Shown here in pieces: positions 17,838 through 27,105 of a stretch of DNA of 35,707 bases; position 1 is the first letter of the stretch, and each line of letters starts with the position of its first letter. The translations under genes were made by a program, and so were the position numbers. The DNA comes from an uncultured virus (IMG/VR IMGVR_UViG_2049941000_000294). Lineage: Duplodnaviria; Heunggongvirae; Uroviricota; Caudoviricetes. The DNA is taken from the IMG/VR virus record IMGVR_UViG_2049941000_000294; one strand, written 5' to 3'. The notes beneath the pieces are model-generated. The model was given only the letters and a program-made list of their open reading frames with translations, was not told where the DNA came from and made no database searches.

Positions 17838-18206
17838 TTACTTGATGATTCCCTTGGATCTGAGGTCGTCTAATACCTCATTTTTGACGCGGGCGGCAAT
17901 CTTGGCCTCGATATCCTTGAGTCCCTGGTTTTGACCGGCTGCATGCTCCGGGTCGTTGGCAAACTCAGGCGGCGGTTGTAACATAGCGAACGAATTTGCT
18001 AAGAGTTTATCGGCATAGTCTTTGCCAAAAAGTTCCTCGGCTGTCGCTCCAAGATTGATAAGCTTCAAAATCGCTTCATAACGGGGATTAGAATCGCCGC
18101 TGCTCCACATACCAACCCTAGACTCACCACCCTTATCAAAAAGGCGACGAGCAAGGTCCTTTATGGTCCATCCGTTGCGATTATTGAACTTAGTGACGTC
18201 AAACAC
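17838..18206 (-). CDS. XRE-family HTH repressor, variant 1
   Basis: WTIKDLARRL...RVGMWSSGDSNP...LGATAEELFG; divergent from the early operon. Confidence 0.8.
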   Translation of the reverse strand: MFDVTKFNNRNGWTIKDLARRLFDKGGESRVGMWSSGDSNPRYEAILKLINLGATAEELFGKDYADKLLANSFAMLQPPPEFANDPEHAAGQNQGLKDIEAKIAARVKNEVLDDLRSKGIIK

Positions 18207-18244
18207 ACTTCAAATTTAAAAAAAAGGTGTAAAAAACAAAATAT

Positions 18245-18298
18245 TTTCAAAATATTTGAAATTTACTATTGACTTATTCCAATTTAATTGTATATTAT
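18245..18298 (+). promoter_or_regulatory. Early rightward promoter with palindromic operator candidate
   Basis: TTGACT (18269) then TATATT (18291); perfect inverted repeat TTTCAAA-ATA-TTTGAAA at 18245-18261. Confidence 0.6.
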
Positions 18299-18335
18299 CA
18301 TCAAGTAAGTTGTAAAACATCAAATAAGTTGAAAA

Positions 18336-18524
18336 ATGGCAAATTCAAATATCAAAACGATAGGCATAAAAGTAGCTGCTTACAACATCATCAGAGCAGT
18401 TTCAGAAAGTCGTAAAAACACGACTAAACCTGATGGAATTTGCGACATCGCAACGGAAGCCATCGAAAAGGCCTTCGGCGACGAATACGCCGTCAAGAAC
18501 GATAACGTCAGCCAGGCGGGCTAA
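18336..18524 (+). CDS. Small Cro-position regulator
   Basis: First gene divergent from the repressor; 62 aa. Confidence 0.5.
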   Translation: MANSNIKTIGIKVAAYNIIRAVSESRKNTTKPDGICDIATEAIEKAFGDEYAVKNDNVSQAG

Positions 18525-18527
18525 TAT

Positions 18528-19547
18528 ATGGCCGTTCAGCAGAAGAACATAGACCATTGGATGCCGGACTGGGTCGCATTGCGAATCCTCGATTTTGGTC
18601 GCAAAGTGCACGAATTCGGCGACGACGACAAGGCACTGGCAGAATGGGTCCGCCAAATGTCGAACGATTTGATTTTCAACAACAAAGAATCATCAGACAA
18701 CTTCACAAGAGCCTTGATTGACGAAGCTACAGACGCCTACGAAAAACGAATTGCAAAGGCCCGCAAGGGCGGTCTCGCCAAGGCCCGCAAGAACAAGTCT
18801 AAAGAGGCCGCCGGAAGCGGTAACGCCCGGAACGGAAGCACCACCGGCCTCGAAGAATCTGTACCTACCGCAGTGGAAAACGACCAAGAACACCCTCAGC
18901 CCGCGGAGGACGATCGCGGGCAAGCCTTTAAGCAGGACGCCGCTATCAGCAATGACGCGGAAGACATACGTACTACAGGCAACTGCAGCACTTCGGAATC
19001 GGCAACGTCCTGCGACCATTCAAGCGGAGCCGCTTCCACGCGTGAGCACGAAGATAATGTCGTCAGCGCTGACAACAGCGTCGCCTTCAAAACTACCACC
19101 GACTCCGCACCATTTGCCATCGACAAGCCTGCACAAGACCAGGACAAGCGAACCGCGAAGACCCGGGATAGCCACGGGAGTGGCCGCTACCAACCGCCGT
19201 CGTTGGGTCCAGAAGACGGCACCATTGACACCCCTTTAGAGGCTAGGGAAAGCCGACGTCCCGGAGAGGGGCGAAAAACGCGCACGGCGGGCATTAGCCA
19301 GCCTGCCGTGCGTCCTCCGCCGTCAAGGGACCGGTGCACGAAAATCCCGATCCCCCCGCGAAATTCCGAAGACGTCAGGCTTTTCGCGCTGGACAAGAAA
19401 CTCGACGTCGATGACGCCCGCATGTGGTACCAGATGAACTTCATCGACAGGCCGGGATGCGACAAGGACGGCGTCGTGATAATAAACTGGAAAGGCCATT
19501 GCACGGCATACTGCAAGGCCGAAGCCGAAAGGAGAAAGGCAGGATGA
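18528..19547 (+). CDS. Putative replication initiator (YdaU/DUF1376-like architecture)
   Basis: Position after cro; WMP near the N-terminus, YEKR..KARKGGLAKA, long polar linker, C-terminal PP...EDV......W......I.NWK domain. Confidence 0.55.
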   Translation: MAVQQKNIDHWMPDWVALRILDFGRKVHEFGDDDKALAEWVRQMSNDLIFNNKESSDNFTRALIDEATDAYEKRIAKARKGGLAKARKNKSKEAAGSGNARNGSTTGLEESVPTAVENDQEHPQPAEDDRGQAFKQDAAISNDAEDIRTTGNCSTSESATSCDHSSGAASTREHEDNVVSADNSVAFKTTTDSAPFAIDKPAQDQDKRTAKTRDSHGSGRYQPPSLGPEDGTIDTPLEARESRRPGEGRKTRTAGISQPAVRPPPSRDRCTKIPIPPRNSEDVRLFALDKKLDVDDARMWYQMNFIDRPGCDKDGVVIINWKGHCTAYCKAEAERRKAG

Positions 19548-19684
19548 CCAAGACTTTCAAGAGATTCGCCGCATGGAAAAAGGCCAATCCGGACGAATTC
19601 GACAAGATCCTCGCGGACGTCTGCATCGTCCTCGCATTCGCATTCATCGCCGCAATGGCGACATGCGCGTCAAATAGCCTTTAG
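19544..19684 (+). CDS. Small single-TM protein
   Basis: ATGA overlap; hydrophobic VCIVLAFAFIAAMA. Confidence 0.55.
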   Translation: MTKTFKRFAAWKKANPDEFDKILADVCIVLAFAFIAAMATCASNSL

Positions 19685-19692
19685 GAGTACTC

Positions 19693-19797
19693 ATGAATAA
19701 AGTTACAGATTTTTGCATCAAGTTTACAATCGGCGGTCTGGGTATCATCGCGTTTGTCGCGCTGACCGGGCTCGCCGCGATCGCCGACGGCATCTGA
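19693..19797 (+). CDS. 34-aa hydrophobic peptide
   Basis: SD AGGAG; MNKVTDFCIKFTIGGLGIIAFVALTGLAAIADGI. Confidence 0.55.
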   Translation: MNKVTDFCIKFTIGGLGIIAFVALTGLAAIADGI

Positions 19798-19804
19798 GGT
19801 CATC

Positions 19805-20119
19805 ATGGGCGGCAGGGATCCGGCACTCGTCAACCACATCGTCAAGCGCCACAACTACATGGCGGCACTGCAGATGCTGTGCATCAAGATGGGCTGGGAC
19901 AAGGAGTTCTCATGGTACATCCTTCGCCGCGACGAAGAGAAATGTGCGAACGGAGGCCGCAAGGAGTTTATACGCAAGGCGACGCGCCTGCTTGCAATGA
20001 ATTATGACGGAATCCACAACGGCTCGGACCCGTCGCAATCACCCCGGTTGCTCCCCGTCGGCCATCCAAACGCTCAACCTTTACGCTACCCTCCCGAATG
20101 GAATGGAGAAAGAATATAA
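19805..20119 (+). CDS. Hypothetical protein
   Basis: SD GAGG; TAATG coupling to ssb. Confidence 0.55.
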   Translation: MGGRDPALVNHIVKRHNYMAALQMLCIKMGWDKEFSWYILRRDEEKCANGGRKEFIRKATRLLAMNYDGIHNGSDPSQSPRLLPVGHPNAQPLRYPPEWNGERI

Positions 20120-20598
20120 TGGGACTTTTCAAAAATTACGTCGAAGTAATCGGCAATCTCGGGGATAACCCGAAGTACATCATGAGTGCGCAGAACCAGC
20201 CGCGCTACACGTTCGACATCTGCACCAACAAGCCTTACAAGGAAGGCGACGAATGGAAGAGCAAGAGCACGTGGGTCAAGTGCACGGCATGGGGCAACCT
20301 CGCGACGGCACTGAGCCGCATGCAGTTTGCCCAGGGCGACCGCGTCATGATCGAAGGCGAGCTCCGCAACAACAACTGGATCAGTTCGCAGACGAACGAA
20401 CAGCATAACGAGATGTACGTGCTCGTCACCGAGATGCGGAAGATGGCAAGGTCGAAGCAAGGCGGTTCATCGAAGTCAAGCGATGCACAGGCCAGCGGCT
20501 CGACCGCCAAGGGCCAACCGGCAAGGCAGACCGCGACCGATTACCAGCGCGAAGCCGAAGCCCAGATGCAGCAGGACATGGAAGACTTGCCGTTCTGA
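20119..20598 (+). CDS. ssb: Single-stranded DNA-binding protein
   Basis: V.VIGNLG.NP, W..C.AWG, G.RV.IEG.L, acidic C-terminus EDLPF. Confidence 0.92.
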   Translation: MGLFKNYVEVIGNLGDNPKYIMSAQNQPRYTFDICTNKPYKEGDEWKSKSTWVKCTAWGNLATALSRMQFAQGDRVMIEGELRNNNWISSQTNEQHNEMYVLVTEMRKMARSKQGGSSKSSDAQASGSTAKGQPARQTATDYQREAEAQMQQDMEDLPF

Positions 20599-20618
20599 CA
20601 TGCGCACGGAGGGAATGT

Positions 20619-20852
20619 ATGGAAGTCACGAGACTCAAGGGCGCAACGCGGTTCGGTACTTACGTCGTAAGCGTAATCACCGACCAGAAGAAGGTAACGG
20701 AAGTCAAGGTGATGGGCAAGCCGCACCCGGACGTAACGAGCATCTGCCAGTTCATCGAGCGCACAAAGACCAGGCAGGTCGCCGACTCGGTGCTCGCTAT
20801 AAAGATTACGATGATCAAGCACCTCGAATACAAGGGCATTGTCAGGCAATAA
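20619..20852 (+). CDS. Hypothetical protein
   Basis: SD GGAGG; fits the operon. Confidence 0.55.
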   Translation: MEVTRLKGATRFGTYVVSVITDQKKVTEVKVMGKPHPDVTSICQFIERTKTRQVADSVLAIKITMIKHLEYKGIVRQ

Positions 20853-20878
20853 CAACAAACTCAAAGGAAGGATAAGGC

Positions 20879-21418
20879 ATGAAAAACGAACTTATGATCG
20901 ATATCGAGACCAGCGGCCAGAATCCCGGCTGCAAGGTACTCACCATCGGCGCTTTCGGCTTCGACCGCGACGGCAGACAGGTCGAATTCTACCGCCGCTT
21001 CAGCGTCATGAAGCTGCTCGAAGAAGGCTTCAAGGACGACGTCGCCACGATGGACTGGTGGCGCACGAAGGACAAGGAAGTGTTCAACGAGGCGTTTGCC
21101 GGGACCGCCGACCCGAAAGAAGGCATCGCCGATTTCAAGGCATGGTGCTACGAGAACTTCAAGATGGGAAAGAACGACGGTTTCAAGGCCTGGTGCAACG
21201 GGCTCGATTTCGACTTCCCTATCCTCAAGGCTTTTTTTGCGCACTTCGGTTTCCATTTTCCCTGGAAGTTCTGGGACCAGTACGATTACCGCACGGTCAA
21301 GAACCTTTTCCCCATCATCAAGGACTCGGAACGCAACGGCGAAGCGCACAACGCGCTGGAAGACGCCAAGGCGCAAATGCGCGGGCTGCGGTCATTCTAC
21401 GCACTTGTCAAGGACTAG
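20879..21418 (+). CDS. DEDDh 3'-5' exonuclease (phage exonuclease/RNase AS-like)
   Basis: MIDIET, WCNG.DFD.PIL, D.RT and HNALEDA motifs. Confidence 0.88.
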   Translation: MKNELMIDIETSGQNPGCKVLTIGAFGFDRDGRQVEFYRRFSVMKLLEEGFKDDVATMDWWRTKDKEVFNEAFAGTADPKEGIADFKAWCYENFKMGKNDGFKAWCNGLDFDFPILKAFFAHFGFHFPWKFWDQYDYRTVKNLFPIIKDSERNGEAHNALEDAKAQMRGLRSFYALVKD

Positions 21419-21724
21419 CCGATGTACAAGTCGTGGACGAATGTTGACGCGAGATTCGTATCGCTCGGCGTCTTGCCGCAAGGCCGGAGCATCCGCGCAT
21501 GCCGCAACTTTTGCAACCGTCACGGCATCGATTTCCCCGGCAAGAAGGAAATCGACAACATCAACCAGCGCATCCGCCGGATCGAGGACGAGGCTGACAA
21601 TTTAGAAAATCCCGATGGCGGCAGGCACACGGTGCCACAACACTCACAATCACACAATACTCCTGGTAAATCCGCCGCCGGAGGGAAAAGCTTAAAAACC
21701 ATAACTCAAAGAAAGGATCAAAAC

Positions 21725-23132
21725 ATGAATCAAGATAAATTCAGGGAAATTGCGGTCTCGAAAATCCGCGAGAACCCGAACAATCCACGCTCAGAAATCG
21801 GAAGCGTCGAAGACTTGAAAGCGAGCATCAACGCTAACGGGTTGCTGCAAAACATCACCGTGCGTCCGCTTGACGATGGCACGTTCGAAGTCATTGCGGG
21901 CAGCCGCCGCTACAAGGCATGCCGCGAACTGGGCATGCAGAAAGTCCCTTGCACAATCATCGAGGCCGACGCTGAGACCGCATACACGCTCGCAACGACC
22001 GAGAACATCGTCCGCGAGAACATGACCGCCGTTGACGAGGCAAACGCCGTCGCAAAGCTTTTCGCACAGGGTAAAACCCGCACGGAAATCGGGGCCATGT
22101 TCGGCAAGTCCGCACGCTGGGCAGAAGGCCGCAGACGCATCACCGAGCTTGGCGACAAGGCGATGAAGTACCTCGCCGAAGGCCGCATCAATCTTGGCCA
22201 TGCCGAAGTGCTGACCATGTGCAGCCCTGAAGACGTGAACAAGTATCTCGAATTCGCAACATGGAAAAATCCGGAAGAGCTCAAGCGAGCCGTCATGGAT
22301 TCCCGCCCGCTCCTGGAACGTGCACCGTTCGATGCGAAGAAAGTCTGCAAGAACTGCGAGAAGCGAAGCGACCGCCAGCTTGACCTTTTCGGCGACGTGC
22401 AGTGCAGCTACTGTCTCGACCGTGAATGCTTCGAGGCTCACGTCAAGAAGGAAGCCGAATACTGGCGAAAGAAGTTCCTCAAGGACGGTCTCGAAGAAGT
22501 CCCCGAAGATGACCGCATGGATGCAGAGAACGAATGGAACGGATATGTCAGCACCTCGACGGAAGACGAAGACGAACGCGAGTTTGTCAAGGACAGCATC
22601 GCCGAAGGCAAGAAGCCGATGTTCTGGGTGAACGAAAAGACCGCAGAATGGGGNNNNNNNNNNATTCCGCCACGAAGAATACTTCAACGAAAATAACGAC
22701 GACGAAGCGGAAGACGACGCGGACCGCAACGAAGACCCGGATTCATGGGACTGGCAAATGAACCACATGGATTACAAGCGTCGCGAAAAAATCCGCTGTG
22801 AAGCGAGCGAAGAAGAAAAAAGGATCGTCGCAAACAAGCTCAAGGGCGTTTTCGGCAACATCAGCAGGACAGCAAAAGCTTTCATCCTGGCAATCCTCAA
22901 CCGCGTTCACGAAGACGAAAACGGCAACCAGGAAACTTATCTGAAACACCAGCACCGCGCAGAAGACGACTTTCTCGACGAAGTAGCCGACCACATCGTG
23001 AACTGGTACAACGGCGTAGATGACGACATCCGCGAGTTCCTCGAAATGGACAGCCGCGAAGAATTCGAACGCAACGCAAACGCCCTCATTGGCGAAGACT
23101 GGAAACCAGAAGACGACAAGGAGGAAGAATAA
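21725..23132 (+). CDS. ParB/Spo0J-family protein spanning the gap at 22654-22663
   Basis: NPNNPR, GLLQ.I.VR, IAG.RR..A, EN..RE.M..VDEA, HTH, CxxC pairs; post-gap frame FRHEEYFNE... runs into 22758-23132; SD before MNQDK. Confidence 0.85.
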
Positions 23133-23134
23133 TC

Positions 23135-23593
23135 ATGAGAACTATTACCGTAACTATTGAACTTGAAGATTTTGTCTACAACCACATACAAGACATGATT
23201 TGCGAGGCAAAGAAGAATGGCAAAAAAATGAATAACAGTAAAGCAGTTGGAGAGCTTACGACAAAATCTTGTCTTATTACTGACTCCGCCAAAGATTGCA
23301 GTCGTCCTGATTCAAACGTTGTAGAAATCAAGCCTATTTTACCAGTCAATATAGACGAAATTGGAAAAGCAGAAACTGAAAAATTCGATTACCAATCACT
23401 TGGACTATTGACAAACGAAGAAACTGCAAAATATGTAAATGCCAATATCAGTACAATTTGCGAAGCTCACAAAACAGGCGCGTTGCCATGTAGACGTATT
23501 GGCCATACTCAGTATCAAAGAAAAGAAGATATAGACAAATGGAATGCAGAAAGAATTCAAAAAATGTTTACTAACGAAAAGGAGTCCGCATAA
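23135..23593 (+). CDS. Protein with C-terminal excisionase-type HTH
   Basis: LLTNEETAKYV....STI......G.LP.RRIG.....KEDIDKW. Confidence 0.7.
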   Translation: MRTITVTIELEDFVYNHIQDMICEAKKNGKKMNNSKAVGELTTKSCLITDSAKDCSRPDSNVVEIKPILPVNIDEIGKAETEKFDYQSLGLLTNEETAKYVNANISTICEAHKTGALPCRRIGHTQYQRKEDIDKWNAERIQKMFTNEKESA

Positions 23594-23639
23594 CGCCAAA
23601 GAATATGCGGGTATACAAAATGAACTGAGCTAAAATCGT

Positions 23640-23783
23640 ATGTCTGAAATAGAACTCAAAACTTACGTCACTTGTTCGCAGTGCGGATATCGCAAGTGGT
23701 GCAAGACAATCAGCAACAAGCCCGTGTGTTCAGCCTGCGAAATACACGGGCCCAACCCAAGATTCATCAAAAGAAAATTCTAA
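23640..23783 (+). CDS. 47-aa zinc-finger protein
   Basis: CSQC...C...CSAC; below the ORF-track cutoff. Confidence 0.5.
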   Translation: MSEIELKTYVTCSQCGYRKWCKTISNKPVCSACEIHGPNPRFIKRKF

Positions 23784-23793
23784 GGAAAAAGAT

Positions 23794-24111
23794 ATGGATA
23801 TCACTTTCAACGCCGAAAAAATGAGCTCTGCTTTTTCCGGGAAAAGCAGGGGCCCGCTGGAAAACGCAATCGGACGCGCAGTCATCGAATGCGTGGAAAC
23901 CGGCACCAAGTATTTCGAAGGCTCGCTCGAACTCGACGTAACCAAGTTCATCACGGACCGCATCGCAAACGTCCACGACGCATCGTTCCACGAACAGCTC
24001 CGTTCGCGCATGGCCATGCACAACGAACCGATCACCGTCAAGCAGGATCTGACTCCGCCGTTCCCGCCGCCGCCAAGAAAACGCGGACGTCCTAAAAAGG
24101 AGAATGAATAA
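23794..24111 (+). CDS. Hypothetical protein with C-terminal AT-hook-like RKRGRPKK
   Basis: SD AAGGA; coupled to the next ORF. Confidence 0.6.
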   Translation: MDITFNAEKMSSAFSGKSRGPLENAIGRAVIECVETGTKYFEGSLELDVTKFITDRIANVHDASFHEQLRSRMAMHNEPITVKQDLTPPFPPPPRKRGRPKKENE

Positions 24112-24269
24112 TGCAGGTGTGGGTAATAATCGAAACGGATCTTGACGGTCATTACTGCTCTTCTCAAGTCGAAGACGATAGGGATAGAGCCGAAGAAATC
24201 GCTGCCATGTACAAACGCGGCAAGCAAGGATTCCTTCACAATTACAACGTCGAAGAACACCACACGTGA
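24111..24269 (+). CDS. Small hypothetical protein
   Basis: TAATG coupling; MQVWVIIETD... Confidence 0.5.
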   Translation: MQVWVIIETDLDGHYCSSQVEDDRDRAEEIAAMYKRGKQGFLHNYNVEEHHT

Positions 24270-24276
24270 GGTCGCC

Positions 24277-24447
24277 ATGCAGACGATTGAAGAATACAAA
24301 GCTTACACCAAGCAGCTCGAAGGCGAGGTTGGCAAGTGGCATAGCGCTTACGACGCGCTGATGGTGGAACGCAACGCTCTTGTAAAAGAACTTCTCAAGC
24401 TCAACGGCGGCAAGTCGGTAATAATAGACGTGTTGCCAAACGGTTAA
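24277..24447 (+). CDS. Small coiled-coil protein
   Basis: SD GAGG; MQTIEEYKAY... Confidence 0.55.
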   Translation: MQTIEEYKAYTKQLEGEVGKWHSAYDALMVERNALVKELLKLNGGKSVIIDVLPNG

Positions 24448-24474
24448 AAATTAATCAAAAAGGAAGGCTAGAAA

Positions 24475-24805
24475 ATGAACATCCAAATTACAAAAAAAGA
24501 TTGCGTCAATATTGTAAACAACGTAAAGACGGGGGGGGTATAGCGAAATTGAGATAGCGCTTGCAAAGAAGTGTCTCTCGCTCTATGACCGTCTAGGCGA
24601 AATCAACAACGAAAGGAATGAATATTTCGAAGCGATATACAGCGCCACGGTCAAGTTCCAGAAGGCGACGAAAGGAGCGTTGTTGCACAAGAGAGCCGCA
24701 GATTTGGCTAGAGATAGCAAGGCGCATTTCGCTAAAGCCGTACACCTCGATCAAGAACTCAAAGGATTAACGAACAATGCAGAACTGGGAAAATCTGATA
24801 GCTGA
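24475..24805 (+). pseudogene. 109-aa ORF interrupted at a G8 tract
   Basis: SD AGGA; frame 0 stops at 24541-43; removing one G gives a continuous ORF to TGA 24803-05. Confidence 0.6.
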
Positions 24806-25205
24806 ACGCACGAAACTTCACGGCGTCGTAAAAACTTGCCGTATCGAAGACCCCGTCAAGCGCAACCGCCACAACCACGACGCCAGATACGACAGGTCGC
24901 CAAAACGAATAGCACAGCACAGGGCATGGGCGTTAAGTCCTGCAGGCAAGAAGTCCATGCGGGAGCGCGGAGCCCGCTACAGAGCCACCGAAAACGGCAA
25001 GGAGCATAGCAGAAAAAAAAGCCGCAATTATTTTCTCCGCCATCGCAACGACCCCGTTTGGCGAGCGAACCGCCTGGAAGTGCAGAAAGCATGGAAAGCC
25101 AGGCGCAAGGCTGCAAAGATTCTCGCTGGAGTCCCGTTCGAAATCACGTTCACGCTCCAGGACGCCGGAAGCATGACCGTCCACATCTACAAAGGAGTCG
25201 CGTAA
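24777..25205 (+). CDS. Highly basic hypothetical protein
   Basis: SD AAGGA; R/K-rich helical repeats. Confidence 0.55.
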   Translation: MQNWENLIAERTKLHGVVKTCRIEDPVKRNRHNHDARYDRSPKRIAQHRAWALSPAGKKSMRERGARYRATENGKEHSRKKSRNYFLRHRNDPVWRANRLEVQKAWKARRKAAKILAGVPFEITFTLQDAGSMTVHIYKGVA

Positions 25206-25207
25206 AT

Positions 25208-25417
25208 ATGGCAGATTATCACGTTGGATGCGGCTTATCAGCAATCTACGCAGGTACGATAATTAAACCCGGCGTTTGGAAAACAAAGTCACCTGTAACT
25301 GACGAAGCCATTGGCGCGGCAGCTCAGTTTTTACTCTCGAATAAACAAGCTTTCATTTTTTCAATAAACGGCAAACGCTATAGAATGGAAGTCCAAGAAG
25401 AAAAGGAGCCGCGATGA
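25208..25417 (+). CDS. Small phage protein
   Basis: SD AAGGAG; MADYHVGCGL.AIYAG...W..KS.VTDEA. Confidence 0.65.
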   Translation: MADYHVGCGLSAIYAGTIIKPGVWKTKSPVTDEAIGAAAQFLLSNKQAFIFSINGKRYRMEVQEEKEPR

Positions 25418-25881
25418 GCGAAAAACAATATCCACTGCATCACGACCACGGCACGGTAACTATTTCCCGCGACGTATTCGAATCGATGACCGCCGAACTC
25501 GAACGCCTCCGCCCAATGGAATGCAGCCTCGAACTCGCCGAAGCCGACCGCGACGCATACAAGAAAAAAGTCGAAGAACTCAAGGCTGAAATCAATCGTA
25601 AAGAGGGTGTGGGACAGAGGTGGTTTGCACGGTGCATGGAAGAGAGGATTGAAAACGTCAGGCTGAAACGTGCGCTGTGGCTTGCGAGGGCCGAGAAAGC
25701 CAAAACAGCAAAGAATATGTTTGACATTCTTTGGAAATTTGCCTCACGAGAAAAAGTTGGAGTTACAGGTTGTGCGCATAAAATAAAGGGCGCAAAAACC
25801 CTCAAAGAACCAAAGTTCTTTTTTGCGAAATTCCAAATTGCAGAAAACAAGTGCCGAGACAAGGCGGAACAATACAAGTAA
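25414..25881 (+). CDS. Coiled-coil hypothetical protein
   Basis: ATGA overlap; SD AGGAG. Confidence 0.6.
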   Translation: MSEKQYPLHHDHGTVTISRDVFESMTAELERLRPMECSLELAEADRDAYKKKVEELKAEINRKEGVGQRWFARCMEERIENVRLKRALWLARAEKAKTAKNMFDILWKFASREKVGVTGCAHKIKGAKTLKEPKFFFAKFQIAENKCRDKAEQYK

Positions 25882-25894
25882 AGGAGTCTGACAA

Positions 25895-26200
25895 ATGAGC
25901 GAACTGAATGCAATAGAAAGCGCGACCGCTGTCATTGAAAATGTACACCTGGTTTACAGGAAGTCCGAAGCCGACAAGGTTATTGCGGAATTAGAGGAAT
26001 CCCACAAGATGGAAGTTGAGCAATTATTGATAGAGATTTCGGAACTGAAAGCACAGAAAGCACAAGCAGAGGACGATTGTGCTTTCTGGAAAAATTTAGC
26101 ACAAAAGAACGCAACTGACAACGAAGTGAAGGCAAAACAAAGAACAGAAGCAATCAAACATTATATGGAACTTGCAGATAAGCTCAAGGAGAAGAAGTGA
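25895..26200 (+). CDS. Coiled-coil hypothetical protein
   Basis: SD AAGGAG; 101 aa. Confidence 0.6.
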   Translation: MSELNAIESATAVIENVHLVYRKSEADKVIAELEESHKMEVEQLLIEISELKAQKAQAEDDCAFWKNLAQKNATDNEVKAKQRTEAIKHYMELADKLKEKK

Positions 26201-26367
26201 TGGTACGCAAGGAACGGATGGAGTGGTACATTTAGCGCATCTACAAGGTGTTGCGGCATTTGCCCGTCACGAAAGCAAACGAGATTGAGTGTAGGGCTTT
26301 GTGGAACAATCTGCAACTCTCGCACGAAGACATTGTGACGAGGTACATTGACAAGGAGGCGGAGTAA
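26200..26367 (+). pseudogene. 55-codon ORF with an in-frame TAG at codon 12
   Basis: TGATG start, TAATG end, TAG at 26233-35. Confidence 0.55.
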
Positions 26368-26558
26368 TGGCTTGGTGTAATTACGACAAATACCGTCAAG
26401 TGCCTAAAGAAGTAACTCACGCAATGCTCGACTTGATTGACCGAATCCAGTACGCATACTTGGAAACCGATGGCACTTATGGTGACCTCGCCTACGTCGT
26501 AAGCGACAAGGTGAAGTATATCGAGAAGCTGCCGTTCAAATCTATGGAGGCGAAGTGA
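26367..26558 (+). CDS. Hypothetical protein
   Basis: SD GGAGG; coupled. Confidence 0.6.
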   Translation: MAWCNYDKYRQVPKEVTHAMLDLIDRIQYAYLETDGTYGDLAYVVSDKVKYIEKLPFKSMEAK

Positions 26559-26896
26559 TGAAAAAATTTAGTTGGCATTCAGAACCTGGACTAGCTCCGC
26601 ATTGGTACAAGATTTATGGGTGGTTACCGAATAGATACTTGCCAATCGTTATGTTCGGCGACAGCATTCCTATCTATAAGCCAAACCGCAAAGGAAAACC
26701 GAAAGCCAAGCGCAACAAGCTATTTAACGACAGCATGCGCTCGATTTACGGGAGAAAATGGTCGAAAATGAAAAAGCTCCTCAAGAACATGACTGTCGTA
26801 AGGCTAAAAGATTTCAAGGATATCGAAGACCGTCGTTTCCTCGAATTTCCGCTAACACATTCATCCATCGTAGAACTCGCTCCAGGAGAGATATAA
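26558..26896 (+). CDS. Basic hypothetical protein
   Basis: TGATG coupling. Confidence 0.55.
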   Translation: MKKFSWHSEPGLAPHWYKIYGWLPNRYLPIVMFGDSIPIYKPNRKGKPKAKRNKLFNDSMRSIYGRKWSKMKKLLKNMTVVRLKDFKDIEDRRFLEFPLTHSSIVELAPGEI

Positions 26897-26898
26897 TC

Positions 26899-27105
26899 AT
26901 GAAACGACCTCCAAAGAAATGGTTCTGCAACAAAGTGCCGAAAACGCCAGAAGAAATGGACGTTCCGGAACTGAAAAAGCTATTGGACATTTGCAATCAG
27001 ATGCAAGCGTTGTGCGGCTGGAACGAAGAAACCTACAATCAGCAGCTATGGATTGACGAAGCTGAAAAAGTTGAAAAACTCATAAAGGAAAAGGAAGCCT
27101 TATGA
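26899..27105 (+). CDS. Hypothetical protein
   Basis: MKRPPKKWFCNK...; SD AGGAG. Confidence 0.55.
   Translation: MKRPPKKWFCNKVPKTPEEMDVPELKKLLDICNQMQALCGWNEETYNQQLWIDEAEKVEKLIKEKEAL

Noticed and set aside
26233..26235. Genome-wide TAG reassignment (code 15)
   Set aside because: TAG ends well-defined genes (capsid 2, portal, exonuclease, integrase) and long genes are not fragmented
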